Positions 1 through 12,754 of a stretch of DNA of 64,000 bases are shown piece by piece (positions within the stretch are counted from its first letter, which is position 1; every line of letters begins with the position of its first letter). Both the position numbers and the translations under genes were made by a program. Origin of the DNA: Okamejei kenojei (lineage: Eukaryota); assembly GCA_035221665.1 (NCBI GenBank), contig CM069161.1, positions 6,200,001 to 6,264,000 of the forward strand. Reading direction: 5' to 3'. The notes below the pieces were generated by a model. That model saw only the letters and a program-made list of their open reading frames with translations. It did not search any database and had not been told where the DNA came from.

Positions 1-321
1 CACAAGGTAGAACATATCTCACTTTGCAGTGTGGCATAAAAAAACACTTTCTACTTCGGACCCCTATTTACAAACACAACAGTGAACTAAACCTTTGTGA
101 AGAAAGTACAGGGCCTCATATGGTTACTCATGCCATTCTGATTTGTGTTCCACTTAACACATGTTAACCAAGATCACAGTGGACATTTCCACTCTATCAA
201 TCAAGGCACAATCATGTGCACATGGGCTCAAACTCAAAAGTGCAAAGAATTTTACAAGATAGAAGTTTAACTTAAAACTGCATTTCTCCTTTGACAGAAT
301 TTTGCAATGCTTAACGGCTTA

Positions 322-553
322 ATAGAAACAAAGAAAATAGGTGCAGGAGTAGGCCATTCGGCCCTTCGAGCCTGCGCTGCCATTCAATATGATCATGGCT
401 GATCATCCAACTCAGTATCCCGTACCTGCCTTCTCTCCATACCCCCTGATCCCCTTAGCCACAAGGGCCACATCCAACTCCCTCTTAGATACAGCCAATG
501 AACTGGCCTCAGCTACCTTCTGAGGCAGAGAATTCCAGAGATTCACCACTCTC
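322..553 (-). mobile_element. CR1/HER1-type LINE 3' end fragment
   Basis: Reverse complement of the recurrent CR1 3' end (...GATCAGCCATGATCATATTGAATGG...AAGGGCCGAATGGCCTACTCCTGCACC + TTTCTATG-type tail). Confidence 0.85.
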
Positions 554-579
554 TTTAGCCTTCAGTGATACAACACAAA

Positions 580-868
580 ATGAATGAATGAATAAGTTTA
601 TTGGGCCAAGTATTCACATACAAGGAATTTGCCTTGGTGCTCCGCCCGCAATTGACAACATGACATACAGTGACAGTTAGGAATGACACACAAAACATTG
701 AACATTAATAATAAAACATTATTGATTAAACATATGAATTGAATAAAATACCAGAGCAAAAGGAAGCTACAGATCTTTGGTTATTGAGTAGAGCTACTCA
801 ACAGCCGTTTTTATGTCTGGCTGTGGCAGCTTTGACAGTCCGGAGTCGCCTTCCAGAGGGAAGTGATT
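580..868 (-). mobile_element. Rex1/Babar-like LINE 3' end
   Basis: Minus strand encodes LPSGRRLRTVKAATARHKN; it ends in AATAAA and an (ATTC)n tail. Confidence 0.65.
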
Positions 869-924
869 TTATAACTCCTTCAGGTCTTTCAGCCCAACAA
901 GTCCATCCAGACCAGTGATCATCT

Positions 925-1141
925 CATAAACTATCCTACACACTAGGGTCAATTTACAATTTTTACCAAAGCCAATTAACCTACAATCCTGTACATCTTT
1001 GGAGTGTGGGAAGAAACTGTAGCACCCGGAGAAAACCCATGTGGTCACAGGGAGAACATAGAAACTCCATATGGACAGCACCCGTAGTCAGGAACCCGGG
1101 TCTCGGGCGTTGTAAAGCAGCAACTCTACAGCTGTGCCACC
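925..1141 (-). mobile_element. HE1-type tRNA-derived V-SINE, truncated
   Basis: On the minus strand: A box GGTGGCACAGCTG, B-box-like GGGTTCCTGAC, V-domain GGGTTTTCTCCGGGTGCTACAGTTTCTTCCCACACTCCAAAGA. Confidence 0.8.
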
Positions 1142-1384
1142 CTCTTATATTTAAACAAATTATTCTGTCAATGGTAATTTCTATTGACCACGTCTTCAAA
1201 AAGTGATTTATTGACAGTGAATGGAAAGAAAAGTGAGTTGTGTTGACATTTCAAGACAGAATCCCATGAAAACTTCAAAACGAATTGCGTAAACTTACCA
1301 TACAAAAGGCTTGCCTTAATTGAACACTTTTTATAACCCTAATGATCTACTAAAGCTAGTTACAACGAGTGATGAATTGAAGTC

Positions 1385-1903
1385 AATAGACAATACACAT
1401 TAGGTACAGGAGTAGGCCACTTGGCTCTTCGAGCCAGCTCCGCCATTCAATGTGATCATGGCTGATCATCCCCAATCAGTTCCTGCCTTCTCCCCATATC
1501 CCCTGACTCTGCTATTTTTAAGAGCCCTATCTAGCCCTCTCATGAAAGCATCCAGAGAACCTGCCTCCACCGCCCTCTGAGGCGGAGAATTCCACAGACT
1601 CACCACTGTTTGTGAGAAAAAGTGTTTAGTCGTCTCCGTTCTAAATGGCTTACTCCTTATTCTTAAACTGTGGCCCCTGGTTCTGGACTCCCCCAACATC
1701 GGGAACACGTTTCCTGCCTCTAGTGTGTCCAAGTCTTTAACAATCTTATATTTTTCAATGAGATTCCCTCTCATCCTTCTAAACGCCAGAGTGTACAAGC
1801 CCAGCTGCTCCATTCTCTCAGCATATGACAGTCCCGCCATCCTGGGAATTAACCTTGTAAACCTACGCTGCACTCCCTCAACAGCAAGAATGTCCTTCCT
1901 CAA
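1385..1903 (-). mobile_element. CR1 LINE ORF2 C-terminus plus 3' UTR
   Basis: ORF 1466-1933 has RKDILAVEGVQRRFTRLIP...RTRGHSLRI...FFSQTVVSLWNSPP, typical of the CR1 C-terminal region. Confidence 0.92.
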
Positions 1904-1949
1904 GTGTACTCCACAAAGTAGTGTGGGAAGCATAGAAGGCGATTAGCAC

Positions 1950-2240
1950 ACGGCAAGATTCCACAAAGAACAGAGCGATGGTCCGACTACATTGGTTGAG
2001 TATCAAATATTGGTCAATATTGGTCGAGCTTGAGCCCTTGTGCACAATTGTCAGAGTGGAAATATCCCAGAGGATTCAGTGAGATTGGTTAAAAAGTGCT
2101 TTAATGGACCACAAGTGGGAATGGCATGGAGAATCATGTGAAGCTCCGTGCTTTCTTCACAAAGTTTTAGTTCACTGTGGCGTTCAGAAACAGGGGACCA
2201 ATATTTGATCAATATCTGCTGAAACACCCACTGCCCCTCA
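1950..2240 (-). mobile_element. Degraded Deu-domain (SacSINE1-like) SINE
   Basis: GCACACGGCAAGATTCCACAAA...AAATATTGGTCA and GTGCTTTCTTCAC...GTTCAGAAAC resemble the reverse Deu core and tail; heavily decayed. Confidence 0.4.
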
Positions 2241-2655
2241 CTGGAATTTAGAAGGATGAGATTAGAAGGATCGTAGAGAAACGTATAACATTCTTAAAGG
2301 ATTGGACAGGCTGGACGCAGGAAAAAAAATTCAGATGTTGGGGGAGTCAAGAACCAGAGGCCACAGTTGAAGAATAAGGGGGTAGGCCATTTAGGACTGA
2401 CATGAGGAAAAACGTCTTCACCCAGAGAGTTGTGGATCTGTGGAATTCTCTGCCACAGAAGGCAGTGGAGGCAAATTCACTGGATATTTTCAAGAGAGAG
2501 TTAGATAGAGCTCTTGAATATAGCGGAGCCAAGGGATATGGGGAGAAGGCAGGAACGGGGTACTGATTGTGGATAATCAGCATGATCATAGTGCATGGCG
2601 TTGCTGGTTCGAAGGGCCGAATGGCCTACTCCTGCAACTATTGTCTATTGCCTAT
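2240..2655 (+). mobile_element. CR1 LINE 3' end
   Basis: Same C-terminal and 3' UTR sequence as the other CR1 copies, with a (CTATTGT)-type tail. Confidence 0.88.
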
Positions 2656-3207
2656 TATTCCCATCTGCCTCTATCATTGTCCATCGTGTTTGAAGGTATC
2701 TCTGCAAATAATGTAATCTTTAGCTCACAGAATTTCATGGATTTAAATCTAAAATTGATATAGTGTTTTAGACACCGGAAGAATCACAGGATGTGGTGAA
2801 CAGGATGGTGGACTCGGCTTAAAATGGCCCATGCCCTCTCCGAATGATAAAGCAAGTTCAAGTCTCACCCATGCTTCTGTATCTCGGGTGCAAATTAATT
2901 CATTTTTGCGATTTTCATTTAATTTGACAGTTCCAACAATTTTCATCATTATTATCCTCAGGACAACAGTTAAAATAAGAACTTGGATGCCATAACACTG
3001 CTTACAAATCTGTCAGGCATTGCACAGATAGATTGTAAAATGTTACATGTGTTTTTATTCCTTGAAGGCTTCAAGTTTGTCACTATTTAAAACACAATTC
3101 AAAGTTGCAGATACGACCAAAATGGAAACGAGGAGACTATAGTATAATAAATATTGGACATAATTATTTCAAAGGTAAGAGCCTTGTCAAACTTTAGATC
3201 TAATAGA

Positions 3208-3490
3208 TAGAAACATAGAACATATAGAAAATAGGAGCAGGAGTAGGCCATTTGGCACTTCAAGCCAGCACCTCCATTCAATATGATCATGGCTGACCGT
3301 TCCTGCTTTCTCCCATATCCCTTGATTCCGTCAGCCCGAAGAGCTCTATCTAACTCTCTCTTGAAAACAGCCAGTGAATTGGCCTCCACTGCCTTCTGTG
3401 GCAGAAAAATTCCACAGATTCGCATCTCTCTGGGTGAAAAGGTTTTTCCTCATCTTAGTTCTAAATGGCCTTCCCCTTATTCTCACACTG
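3208..3490 (-). mobile_element. CR1 LINE 3' end
   Basis: LPQKAVEANSLAVFKRELDRAL in ORF 3099-3425; ATAGAAAC tail repeats. Confidence 0.85.
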
Positions 3491-3734
3491 TTAACAATTG
3501 CTGACTTTCAGAAGTGGCAGTCACCCAATCATTCAGCTATTAGCCTTTTGTTAGTTGAAAGCATTTCATGATAGGATCTGTATAGCAAATGGCTAGATAA
3601 AGGGTTTAATTTCAATCTGATAGGCATAAAGTACGGATTCATACAAATTCACGGCAGCAAATAGGTCATACTGCTGAAAAGAGCTTATTTACACTAATTG
3701 CACCCAGCAGTTTTTTGTTACCTTGTAAATTAAA

Positions 3735-3827
3735 GATAGACACAAAATGCTGGAGTAACTCAGCGGGTCAGACAGCAAATCTGGAGAAAAAGAATAGGTG
3801 ACGTTTCGGGTCGAGACCCTTCTTCAG
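3735..3827 (-). mobile_element. Penelope-like element (PLE)-derived short repeat with an intact minimal hammerhead core
   Basis: Minus strand 3827-3800 reads CTGAAGA-A-GGGTC-TC-GACCC-GAAAC-GTC, followed by the PLE terminal sequence. Confidence 0.75.
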
Positions 3828-4889
3828 CAGCATTATACGCTATGCAACAATAACAACATGGATGTTGATGTGGCATAAGCAGCAGATGAGAAAAGGAACA
3901 ATGGAATTATTACGCTGAAGAAGGAACTGCAGATGCTGAAAAATAGAAGGTAGATAAAAATGCTGGAGAAACTCAACGGGTGAGGCAGCATCTATGGAGA
4001 GATGGAATTATTACGTGCTTTATATGCAACAATGAAACAGTTATTTCCAGCAAACTAGGCTATGATAATGCAAAAAAACAAAGTATTCATGCTGCAAGAA
4101 AACTGTACCTTGTGTGATCAAGAAACATCTAGACATTCAAATTGAGATCATTGCACAATTGGGAAGGAGAGGGCCAGATATTCCCTGTACACCTTCTATC
4201 TTACTTTGCAAGGGTCTCCGAACCAACCCCACAACCTTTACTGTTGGCTGTTAAAATAATCCTAGAATCCCAATGTGATTCCCAGCTGAGTCAGGCAGGG
4301 TTCCTTTTACCTAGAAACATGCCACCACAGCAGTGATAGATGGAGTAAAGCAGAAGATTGACAGAAAATGCTGGAGTAACTCAGCAGGTCAGGCAGCATC
4401 TCCGGAGAAAAAGGATAGGCGACGTTTCAGATCGGGCTCAGAGTCAGGGAGAGGGTGGTATGGGAAGGTACAGGACAATGCAGAGCCTGCATTGATGACT
4501 CAGAAATGGTGGAGCCCACAATGGTCCGTTGTTGGCTGGGGAACGAGATGATAACGAAGGAATGTAAATGGTGACGTTAGCAAGAGGACTAGGGTGGGGG
4601 TGGAGCTAAATTGAACTGATGAAAATGCGTGCAGATCTAGCAAATGCTCACCATTCTTGCAGCTGCCAAGCGTGGTTGATTAAAATTCACCCACAACCTC
4701 AACCAGATCTCCATGCAGATTGTGGTATGAAGGTCAAAATCAGGGTGACTTTTGGGCTGGTATATTTTCTGCAACCCGCATTTGAAAAGTAGCTAGAAGT
4801 AATATGGCCCTTCATTGTATCTTTAGTTATAACAAAGCCCCCTATACACATGCAGTTAGTTATAAAATAATATTACTGTTACACAGCCA

Positions 4890-5170
4890 AGCATAGTAGC
4901 CAAATTGCACACAGCAAGTCAAGGTCCCATAAACCACAAATTAATGGATGACTCAACAAACTCTTTGTGGCGGTTTTCTTTGAGAGGGAATTTGGCCACA
5001 ATACCAAAAGGATTCCGTCATCTTCAAATGACAGCCTAGACTAGAGGTTTTGCAACCACTTGCCTTGAGAAGGCAGATAAGATCTCGATTTAACTGGAAA
5101 GATGACAGTAACGGCACACTTTCAATCATGTCCCAATGTTTGACCTTGATTATAAGCTTCCTTCTTTACA
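4890..5170 (-). mobile_element. Degraded Deu-domain SINE
   Basis: TTGCACACAGCAAG...TTTGGCCACAATACC...AGGCAGATAAGATCTCGATTTAAC matches the reverse DeuSINE layout. Confidence 0.45.
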
Positions 5171-5555
5171 CTGCTAGATCCTAGCATTCCTGATTCAGAG
5201 AAGTGAGCCTCGCCAACCGAGCCAAACCAACATCACATTTAACATTAATATCTCCATTAATTGGATTTATTGATGTTAATATTCTTCCCAGTGAAATACC
5301 AAGAGGTTTCCAGTGGACCTTGGCTTGGACAATGTGGGCAGCATATTTTGTACCTATAGACCAGACCACATTGGCATCTTAATTCTGAGACTTATTTCGC
5401 TTCAGTCAAGGAAAGCTCATTTTATGTGTTTATTTTTTCCTGAATGTATGATATGGCTTTGAGTCGGGTAGAAGCTCTTTCTCACTGAATGGCTGTTAAC
5501 ACAACCAAAACCAAGACCAAAACAAGCCTTCCCTAAAATGCAGATTAGGTCAGGA

Positions 5556-5715
5556 AGATAAGACACAAAAAGCTGGAGTAACTCAGCGGGACAGGCAGCA
5601 TCTCTGGAGAGAAGGAGTGAGTGACGTTTCGGGTCGAGACCCTTCTTCAGACCCATTCCTTCTCTCCTGAGATGCTGCCTGTCCCGCTGAGTGACTCCAA
5701 CTTTTTGTGTCTACT
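5556..5715. mobile_element. Palindromic PLE-derived repeat (inverted pair)
   Basis: AGACACAAAAAGCTGGAGTAACTCAGCGGGACAGGCAGCATCTC... is mirrored by ...GAGATGCTGCCTGTCCCGCTGAGTGACTCCAACTTTTTGTGTCT; intact hammerhead core at 5623-5650 on the minus strand. Confidence 0.8.
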
Positions 5716-5899
5716 CTTTAGTTGAGCTTAGTTTAATTTAAAGATACGGCATGGCAATGCACACTGGTTCTATATTACCCCACATCCACTCCCTACACAC
5801 TGGGGTCAATTTACGGAGGCCAGATAACCTACAAACCCACAGGCCTTTGGAATTTGTTAGGAAACCGGAGGAAACCTGTGCGGTCACAGGGAGAATTTG

Positions 5900-7566
5900 C
5901 ATTTCAGATGGGTCTTCAGTGTTTGGAGACCTGTTGCGTGTTCAGTGAGCTAAATAATTAGGAAGTGAAAACAAAAGGCAGCATGCTCCCTAATTAAATT
6001 AAACAATTAAAAACATAAGGCAAATTAAAAAAAACAAACACATATCTTGAAGGAAGTATATATTCTTTTAAGGCAAAAAAAAAAACAGAACAGGGAAAAC
6101 AGTCCAATCAAGGGTTATAGGCAACATTAAAAATAATATTACATCTGAAGGAATGATTTATAAATTTGCCAGAAAAAGCAGGAAGCCTGAGGATTGGAAC
6201 TATTTCAGAATTCTAGGATGGTCATGATTTTGGAAAAGTAAAATAATATGTGAGGGTAGAGGGAAACATAAAAGCAGATGCATAAAAGCAGGAAGGAAAT
6301 GGCAGATAAGGTCGAATTTGAAATGGAAATAACGAAATGGCAAATTACCTAATACATTTTGTCTGCCTATCTTCATGGACGAAAACAGGAAAAAAAAAAA
6401 TCTCAGAAACACAGGAGAAAGATGATTTAGTATAAACGAGAATGTAAAAGAAATAAGTAAAAAAATATCACAAGAAACACTAATGAGTCTGAAACCTGAA
6501 AAATTCAAGGAGCTAATGATCTACCTCCCAGTATTTTGGAAGAGGTGGCTATGGAGATATTGGAAGCCCTGCTTATCTTTCAGAATTGCATTGGTATTAG
6601 TTTATCATTGTCACCTGTACCAAGATACAGCAAAAACCGCTTGTTCTGCGTGCTATCCAGGCAAATCATACTGTACGCGCGGACAATCAAACCATACATG
6701 GGTCCAATAGGTAGTGCAATAAGAGAAAATAGACAGATCGCAGAATATGTTACAGCTACAGAGAAAATGCATCCAAAAAGTGCACGGGTCGCAACAAGGT
6801 AGATTGGAAGATCAGGAATACATCTTTACTTTACGAGAGGCCCGCACAATGTTCTGTTAAGAGCAGGAAAAAATGCTGTTGAAATGCAAAAAAAAATAAC
6901 GTGAGGAGAGACAGCATAGTGCAAGGGTCTGAAAGGAAATGGTTCATTTATTTGTTGGGGTTTCTTGGGGATATATTTAATGTAGTAGATGAGATGGGAA
7001 GCCATGAATGAATGTGATTTAATTTAGATTTTCAGAAAGCTTTCAATAAACGTCTGCTTTGGAGGTTACTAAATTAAGTTAGATAGATGAAGTGAGGACA
7101 ATAATATCAGTCTGAATTGAGAGTGTGTTAACATATAGATTGCAAACAGTTGGAGTAAGAACGTGTTTCTTGGATTGCCAGATAGTGACTAATGCACTGC
7201 CACTCAGTTTAAATTCTATTTCCAGTGTTGCTGATGGCAAACTAAGTGGGAATATGAGTGATGCGGTACGGTGGCGCAGCAGTATAGTTGCTGCCTTACA
7301 GCGCCAGAGACCCGGGTTCGATCCTGATCCTGAGTTTGTACGTTCTAACCCCGTGACCTGCACGGGTTTTCTCCGAGATCTTCGGTTTCCTCCCACACTC
7401 CAAAGACGTACAGGTTTGTAGATTAATTGGCTTGGTATGAATATAAAATTGTCCCTAGCGTGTGGGGATCATTGGTTGGTGTGGTTCAGTGTGCCACTGT
7501 ATCTCTAAACTAAACTAAGCTAACAAAATGTTACCGATTCTTCTTCGCCAGAGGGATCGGCAGATC

Positions 7567-7604
<38 letters not shown>

Positions 7605-7780
7605 GGGTTGACATTGCAAACGCCAGTCCTCTATTGTTTAGAGTTTTGAAGGGTTTGATAGTGTAGGTATGGGGGAAATGTACTCTTGGCTGAAGAGGGA
7701 TCATAGCCTCACAATAAGACAGAGGTTACTTCGGACTGAAATGAGCACACATAATGTAGGAACAGCAATTTTCCTTTCCC
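5900..7780 (+). mobile_element. Old, fragmented CR1 ORF2 with nested insertions
   Basis: Frameshifted remnants ILEEVAMEILEAL (~6530) and LDFQKAF (~7023); interrupted by a Rex1-type tail (~6590-6880, minus) and a V-SINE. Confidence 0.65.
7265..7520 (+). mobile_element. HE1-type V-SINE
   Basis: GGTGGCGCAGCAGTA A box, GGTTCGATCC B box, V domain, (TAAAC)n tail. Confidence 0.85.
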
Positions 7781-7821
7781 AAGGAGAACAATTAAACCAA
7801 TGAGATTGTATCAATAATTTA

Positions 7822-9107
7822 CAGTGCCCTCCATAATGTTTGGGACAACGACCCATCATTTATTTATTTGCCTCTGTACTCCACAATTTGAGATTTGTAA
7901 TATTAAGAAAATCACATGTGGTTAAAGTGCACATTGTCAGAATTGAATAAAGGCCATTTTTATACATTTTGGTTTCACCATGTAGAAATTACAGCTGTGT
8001 TTATACATAGCCCCCCCCCCCCCCCCATTTCAGGGCATCATGATGTTTGGGACACATGGCTTCACAGGTGTTTGTAATTGCTCAGGTGTGTTTAATTGCC
8101 TCCTTAATGCAGGTATAAGAGAGCTCTCAGCACCTAGTCTTTCCATCACCTTTGGAAACTTTTGTTGCTGTTTATCAACATGAGGACCAAAGTTGTGCCA
8201 ATGAAAGTCAAATAAACCATTATGAGACTGAGAAACAAGAATAAAACTGTTAGAGACACCAGGCAAACATCAGGCTTACCAAAATCAACTGTTTGGAACA
8301 TCATTAAGAAGAAAGAGAGCACTGGTGAGCTTATTAATCACAAAGGACTGGCAGGCCAAGGAAGACCTCCACAGCTGATGACAGAAGAATTCGCTCTATT
8401 ATAAAGAAAAATCCCCAAATACCTTTCCGACAGATCAGAAGCATTCTTCAGGATGCATGTGTTGATTTGTGAATGATCACTGTCTGCAGAAGATTTCATT
8501 AATAAAAATACAGAGGCTACACTGCAAGATGCAAACCACTGGTTAGTCACAAAAGCGGGATGGCCAGGTTACAGTTTGCCAAGAAGAGCAACCACAGTTC
8601 TGGAAAAAGGACTTTTGGACAGTTGAGACGAAGATTAACTTATACCAGAGTAATGGCAAGAACAAAGTATGGAGGAGAGAAGGAAGTGCCCAAGATTCAA
8701 AGCGTACCACCTCATCTGTGAAACACGGTGGTGGGGGTGTTATGGCCTGGGCATGTATGGCTGCTGAAGGTCCTGGCTCACTTATCTTCATTGATGATAC
8801 AACTGCTGATGGTAGTCGCGTAATGAATTCTGAGTGTATAGACACCTCGTATCTGCTCAAGTTCAAACAAGTGCCTTGCCGTGTCCCAAACATTACGGTG
8901 CCCTGAAATGGGGGGACTATGTATAAACACTGCTGTAAGTTCTACATGGTGAAACCAAAATGTATAAAAATGGCCTTCATTAAAATCTGAAAATGTGCAC
9001 TTTAACCACATGTGATTTTTTTTTTCTATTACAAATCTCAAATTGTGGAGTACAGAGGCAAATAAATAAACAATGGGTCATTGTCCCAAACATTATGGAG
9101 GGCACTG
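7822..9107 (+). mobile_element. Tc1/mariner IR/DR transposon, internally deleted
   Basis: TA|CAGTGCCCTCCATAATGTTTGGGACA...TGTCCCAAACATTATGGAGGGCACTG|TA; ~230-bp TIRs with inner direct repeats; frameshifted transposase (VKHGGGGVMAWACM) lacking the second D and the E. Confidence 0.95.
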
Positions 9108-9659
9108 TATGATAATTGGTTGTTTCATGATCAGCATTATACAAGCAGTTCAACAACATCTTTAATTAATTAATTCATGTTATTCATTGAAAATAAATTG
9201 AATTTATATTCCCCAGTTGCCATGGTGAATTTCAACTCAAATCTCCAGATTAATAACTCTGTTCTCTCGACATTAGACCACGTAATTTGACCACTGTACC
9301 ACCATATTTTAATTGCTCAGTGCATGCATTATTGGCATGGTTAAAAAGAGGAATATGAGGATTACTTTCAAATTCAAAATTGCTGCCTCGTACAAGGATA
9401 ATACAGAAAGCCAAAGCCTTCAGTGTCACTGGATGTAGGGGGGGACCCTGGGGCTAACCATGTCGGTCAATGATAACAGCTTCAGGTAATTCGCCTCCAT
9501 TAACTGAAGGGAGAGGTTGAGCAGCAGCCAGGTAATGAAAGACATCCAACCAAACAATGATGCCGGTGTTACCAAAAAAAAGACACAAAGTGCTGGAGTA
9601 ACTCAACAAGTCTCGACCCGAAACATCACCTATCCATGTTCACCGGTGATGTGGTCTGA

Positions 9660-9969
9660 CCCACTGTACAAGCTAATTCAAGAGCTCTCCCGAGTTTAAA
9701 AAAAAAATCAAACTCGTGGTAAGCACATAGAATGTACGCGACGGGTACGTCGGAGCTCAGGACTTCTCTTAGTGGCTCGTAACGCTAACGGCAGGTACCC
9801 GGGAAACGTGGTAAGCTCGGGAAGACTCGTGAAGATTTTTCAACTTGTTGAAAAAATGTCCACGAGAGCCCCGAGTACCTACGAGCGGCTATTACCGTAA
9901 TTCTCCGAGTTCGTATCAGGGGAAACTCGGGAGAACTCATAAATTAGCTCGTACAGTGGGGCAGCCCCA
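9660..9969 (-). mobile_element. PIF/Harbinger-like MITE, left terminus lost
   Basis: Inverted ends CCCACTGTACAAGCTAATTCAAGAG / GAACTCATAAATTAGCTCGTACAGTGGG; followed by TTA (9970-9972); interior is the reverse complement of 40078-40389; nested in a PLE-derived repeat. Confidence 0.8.
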
Positions 9970-10339
9970 TTACTCCAGCACTTTGTGTCTGTTTTCTTTA
10001 TAAAGCAGCATCTGCAGCTCTAAGCTTCTAAATGATAGCTGTGTGATCTCGAACAAGATGCACCTCAATGATCTAACACCGCGTCCTCATGTGACACAGA
10101 GAATCGTGGAACTTCTAGGCACAGAAGGTCTATTCAACAAATCAAGTCAAGGCTGAGCTTTTGTCGACAATTTCACCAGATCCATTTCCTCATTCTTTCT
10201 CCTTAACGTTGCACACTATTTTCCTTCAACTGCGGATCCAATTCTCCATCAGTAGTCCTGACTGACTCGGTTCCCACTAACCTCACCATGAGTTCCAGCT
10301 CAAAACCACGTTGCATAAAATTGCTTGATAATTGATTGT

Positions 10340-10650
10340 AAACTACAGCATGGAAACAGGCCCTTCGGCCCGACTAGTCTATGTCGATCATCGATCACCC
10401 ATTCACACTAGTTCTATATTATCTCACTTTCTCACCCACCCTGACACATAGAGGCAATTTACAAAGGCCAATTAACCTACAATGAACCCGCATGTCTTTG
10501 GGATGTAGGAGGAAACCAGAGCACCTGGAGAAGATACATGCTATCACATGGAGAATATGCAAAGTCCACACAGATAGCATCAGTGGTCAGGATTGAACCT
10601 GGATCTCTGGCGCTGAGAGGCAGCAGCTCCACCTGCTGCTACCAGTGCCT
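10340..10650 (-). mobile_element. HE1-type V-SINE
   Basis: Full reverse copy from the CR1-like tail (GGAAACAGGCCCTTCGGCCC) to the tRNA-like head. Confidence 0.8.
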
Positions 10651-10944
10651 CCCTTAAAATAATGTTTTTTTAACGCAGTTCACACCAGAAGCTAAGCACC
10701 AATCCAGGTTAGGATATTATTCTTAGATACCAACCAGCAACAGAAATTATCCCTAAAAGGTGCTCACATTAAACATTCATTTTCATTTCCTGTCCTGACT
10801 GCACTGCGCTCTACTCTGCCAGCTGGACAAGGCTTACATTGTTGATTTGTTTACTCAAACCTTGCTGTGCGACTTTTTCTTTTAGTTTGCCCACTTTTCA
10901 GGATTCAGGCATAGCTGGCAAGGCTGGTTACCAAAGCTGGTTAC

Positions 10945-11142
10945 CAACGTGCTGTCCACAGGCAGCCCTAGGTGATTTCCAGGACCGCGGGGCACTGCAG
11001 GGAGTTGAATGCATCCTTGACAGATAGTTGTATAATCGTTTATTGTTTGTCTTTTATTATGGTGGTAGGTTCTGTTTTGTTTTATTGTATTGCAAATATT
11101 ATTTTAATATTTGAATAAATATTTTTTGATTAAATAAAAAAA
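10945..11142 (+). mobile_element. L1/Tx1-like LINE 3' end
   Basis: LGDFQDRGALQGVECILD C-terminus, T-rich 3' UTR, AATAAA and poly(A); homologous to 41916-42085. Confidence 0.55.
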
Positions 11143-11154
11143 CTGGTAATGAAG

Positions 11155-12074
11155 CTCATGGAAGTGGGTCTCTGTGCAGCTCTCTACAATTGGATCCTTG
11201 ATTTCCTTATCCACAGACCATAGTCTGTTCGAATTGGCAGAAATACTTAATTCTCAGAAACAATTAGTACAGGAGCACCTCAAGGCTGCGTGCTCAGCCC
11301 CCTGCTGTACTCACTCTATACTCATGACTGTGTAGACGGACATAGTGCGAACTCCATCTTCAAGTTCGCCAGCGACTCCACCGTTGTGGGACAAATTACA
11401 GATGGTGATGAGTGAGAATAGAAACGTGAGATCGACCGATTGACCAAATGGTGCCAGCACAACATCCTGGCCCTCAACACCAGCAAAATCAATTTTAGAC
11501 TTTGGAAGAGGAAGGATGAGGACCCACAATCCTATAGCAACGGGACGATGGTCATGGAGAGAGTCACAAACTTCAAATTCCTGAACGTGCATATTTCCAA
11601 AGATCTTTCATGGACCTAGCACACTGATGCAATGATAAATAAAGCACATCAAAGCCTCTACTTCCTGAGAAGATTTCAGAGATTTGGTATGTTTGAGAGG
11701 ATTCTCTTGAACTTTTACAGTTGTACAGTAGAGAGCATATTGACTGGTTGCATCATGACTTGGTTCGTCAACCTGAACACCCGGGAGCAGAAAAGACTGC
11801 AAAAAGTGGTGACCATTGCCCAGTCCATCACCAGCTCTGACCTTCCCACCATCGAAGGGATTTATCGGAGTCGCTGCCTCAAAAAGGCAGCCAGCATCAA
11901 CCGAGACTATCTATCTATGCATCTTTGTTTCTATGTTTCTATGAGACCCACACCATCCTGGCCACACACTCATTTCACCCCTGCCATCGGGAAGAAGGTA
12001 CAGGAGCCTGAAAAATGTAACATCCAGGTTCAGGAACAGCTTCCTCAAATAAGCTCTGAACTTCAATAGACTAC

Positions 12075-12110
<36 letters not shown>

Positions 12111-12210
12111 CGTACTACCATGTTTACATATTCTGTCATGCTGCAGCAAGTAAGAATTTCATTGCTCTATCTGGGACACATGACAATAAAACACTCTTGA
12201 CTTGACTCAG
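11155..12210 (+). mobile_element. Rex1/Babar LINE fragment (RT and C-terminus)
   Basis: GAPQGCVLSPLLYSLYTHDC (~11272), degenerate FADD (KFASDSTVVG), KAHQSLYFLRR...FYSCTVESILTGCI in ORF 11632-12069, AATAAA and (CTTGA)n tail; (TAT)n at ~12073-12109. Confidence 0.88.
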
Positions 12211-12339
12211 TGCCTAAAGTTGACAGTTGTTAACAGTCATTCCTTCCCCGTTCATGTTCTTAATGGAGTCTGAGCTTTTAAAGTGCTTATCAGGCACACT
12301 CGATAAGGATGCAGTTCATGTTAAAGTTTATTTACTTTG

Positions 12340-12575
12340 CATAGAAAGAAACTGCAGATGCTGGTTTAATTCAAAGATAGACACAAAAGCTGGGCTAACT
12401 CAGCTGGACAGGCAGCATCTCTGGAGAGAAGGAATGGGTGACGTTTCAGGTTGAGACCCTTTTCATGCCCAAGTCAGAAACTGAAGAAGAGTCTTGACTC
12501 GAAACGTCACCCATTCCTTCTCTCCAGAGATGCTGCCTGTCCCGCTGAGTTACTCCAGCATTTTGTGACTATCTT
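12340..12575. mobile_element. Palindromic PLE-derived repeat
   Basis: Inverted pair; plus-strand hammerhead core at 12481-12508. Confidence 0.8.
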
Positions 12576-12754
12576 TTATTTATTTTGCTCCATGGAGACA
12601 ATATCGCTGTGCTAAGAGTTATGCCTTGTCTTGTTCTTTTCTTTTGGCATGCTTTTCTTAATCCATTCTTTTCATTGAGTAGAGGCCACTTAAGTTCAAC
12701 TTGATTTGTTAAAGTCTAATCAGATTCGAAATAAAAGAAGAACCTTAAGATCAA

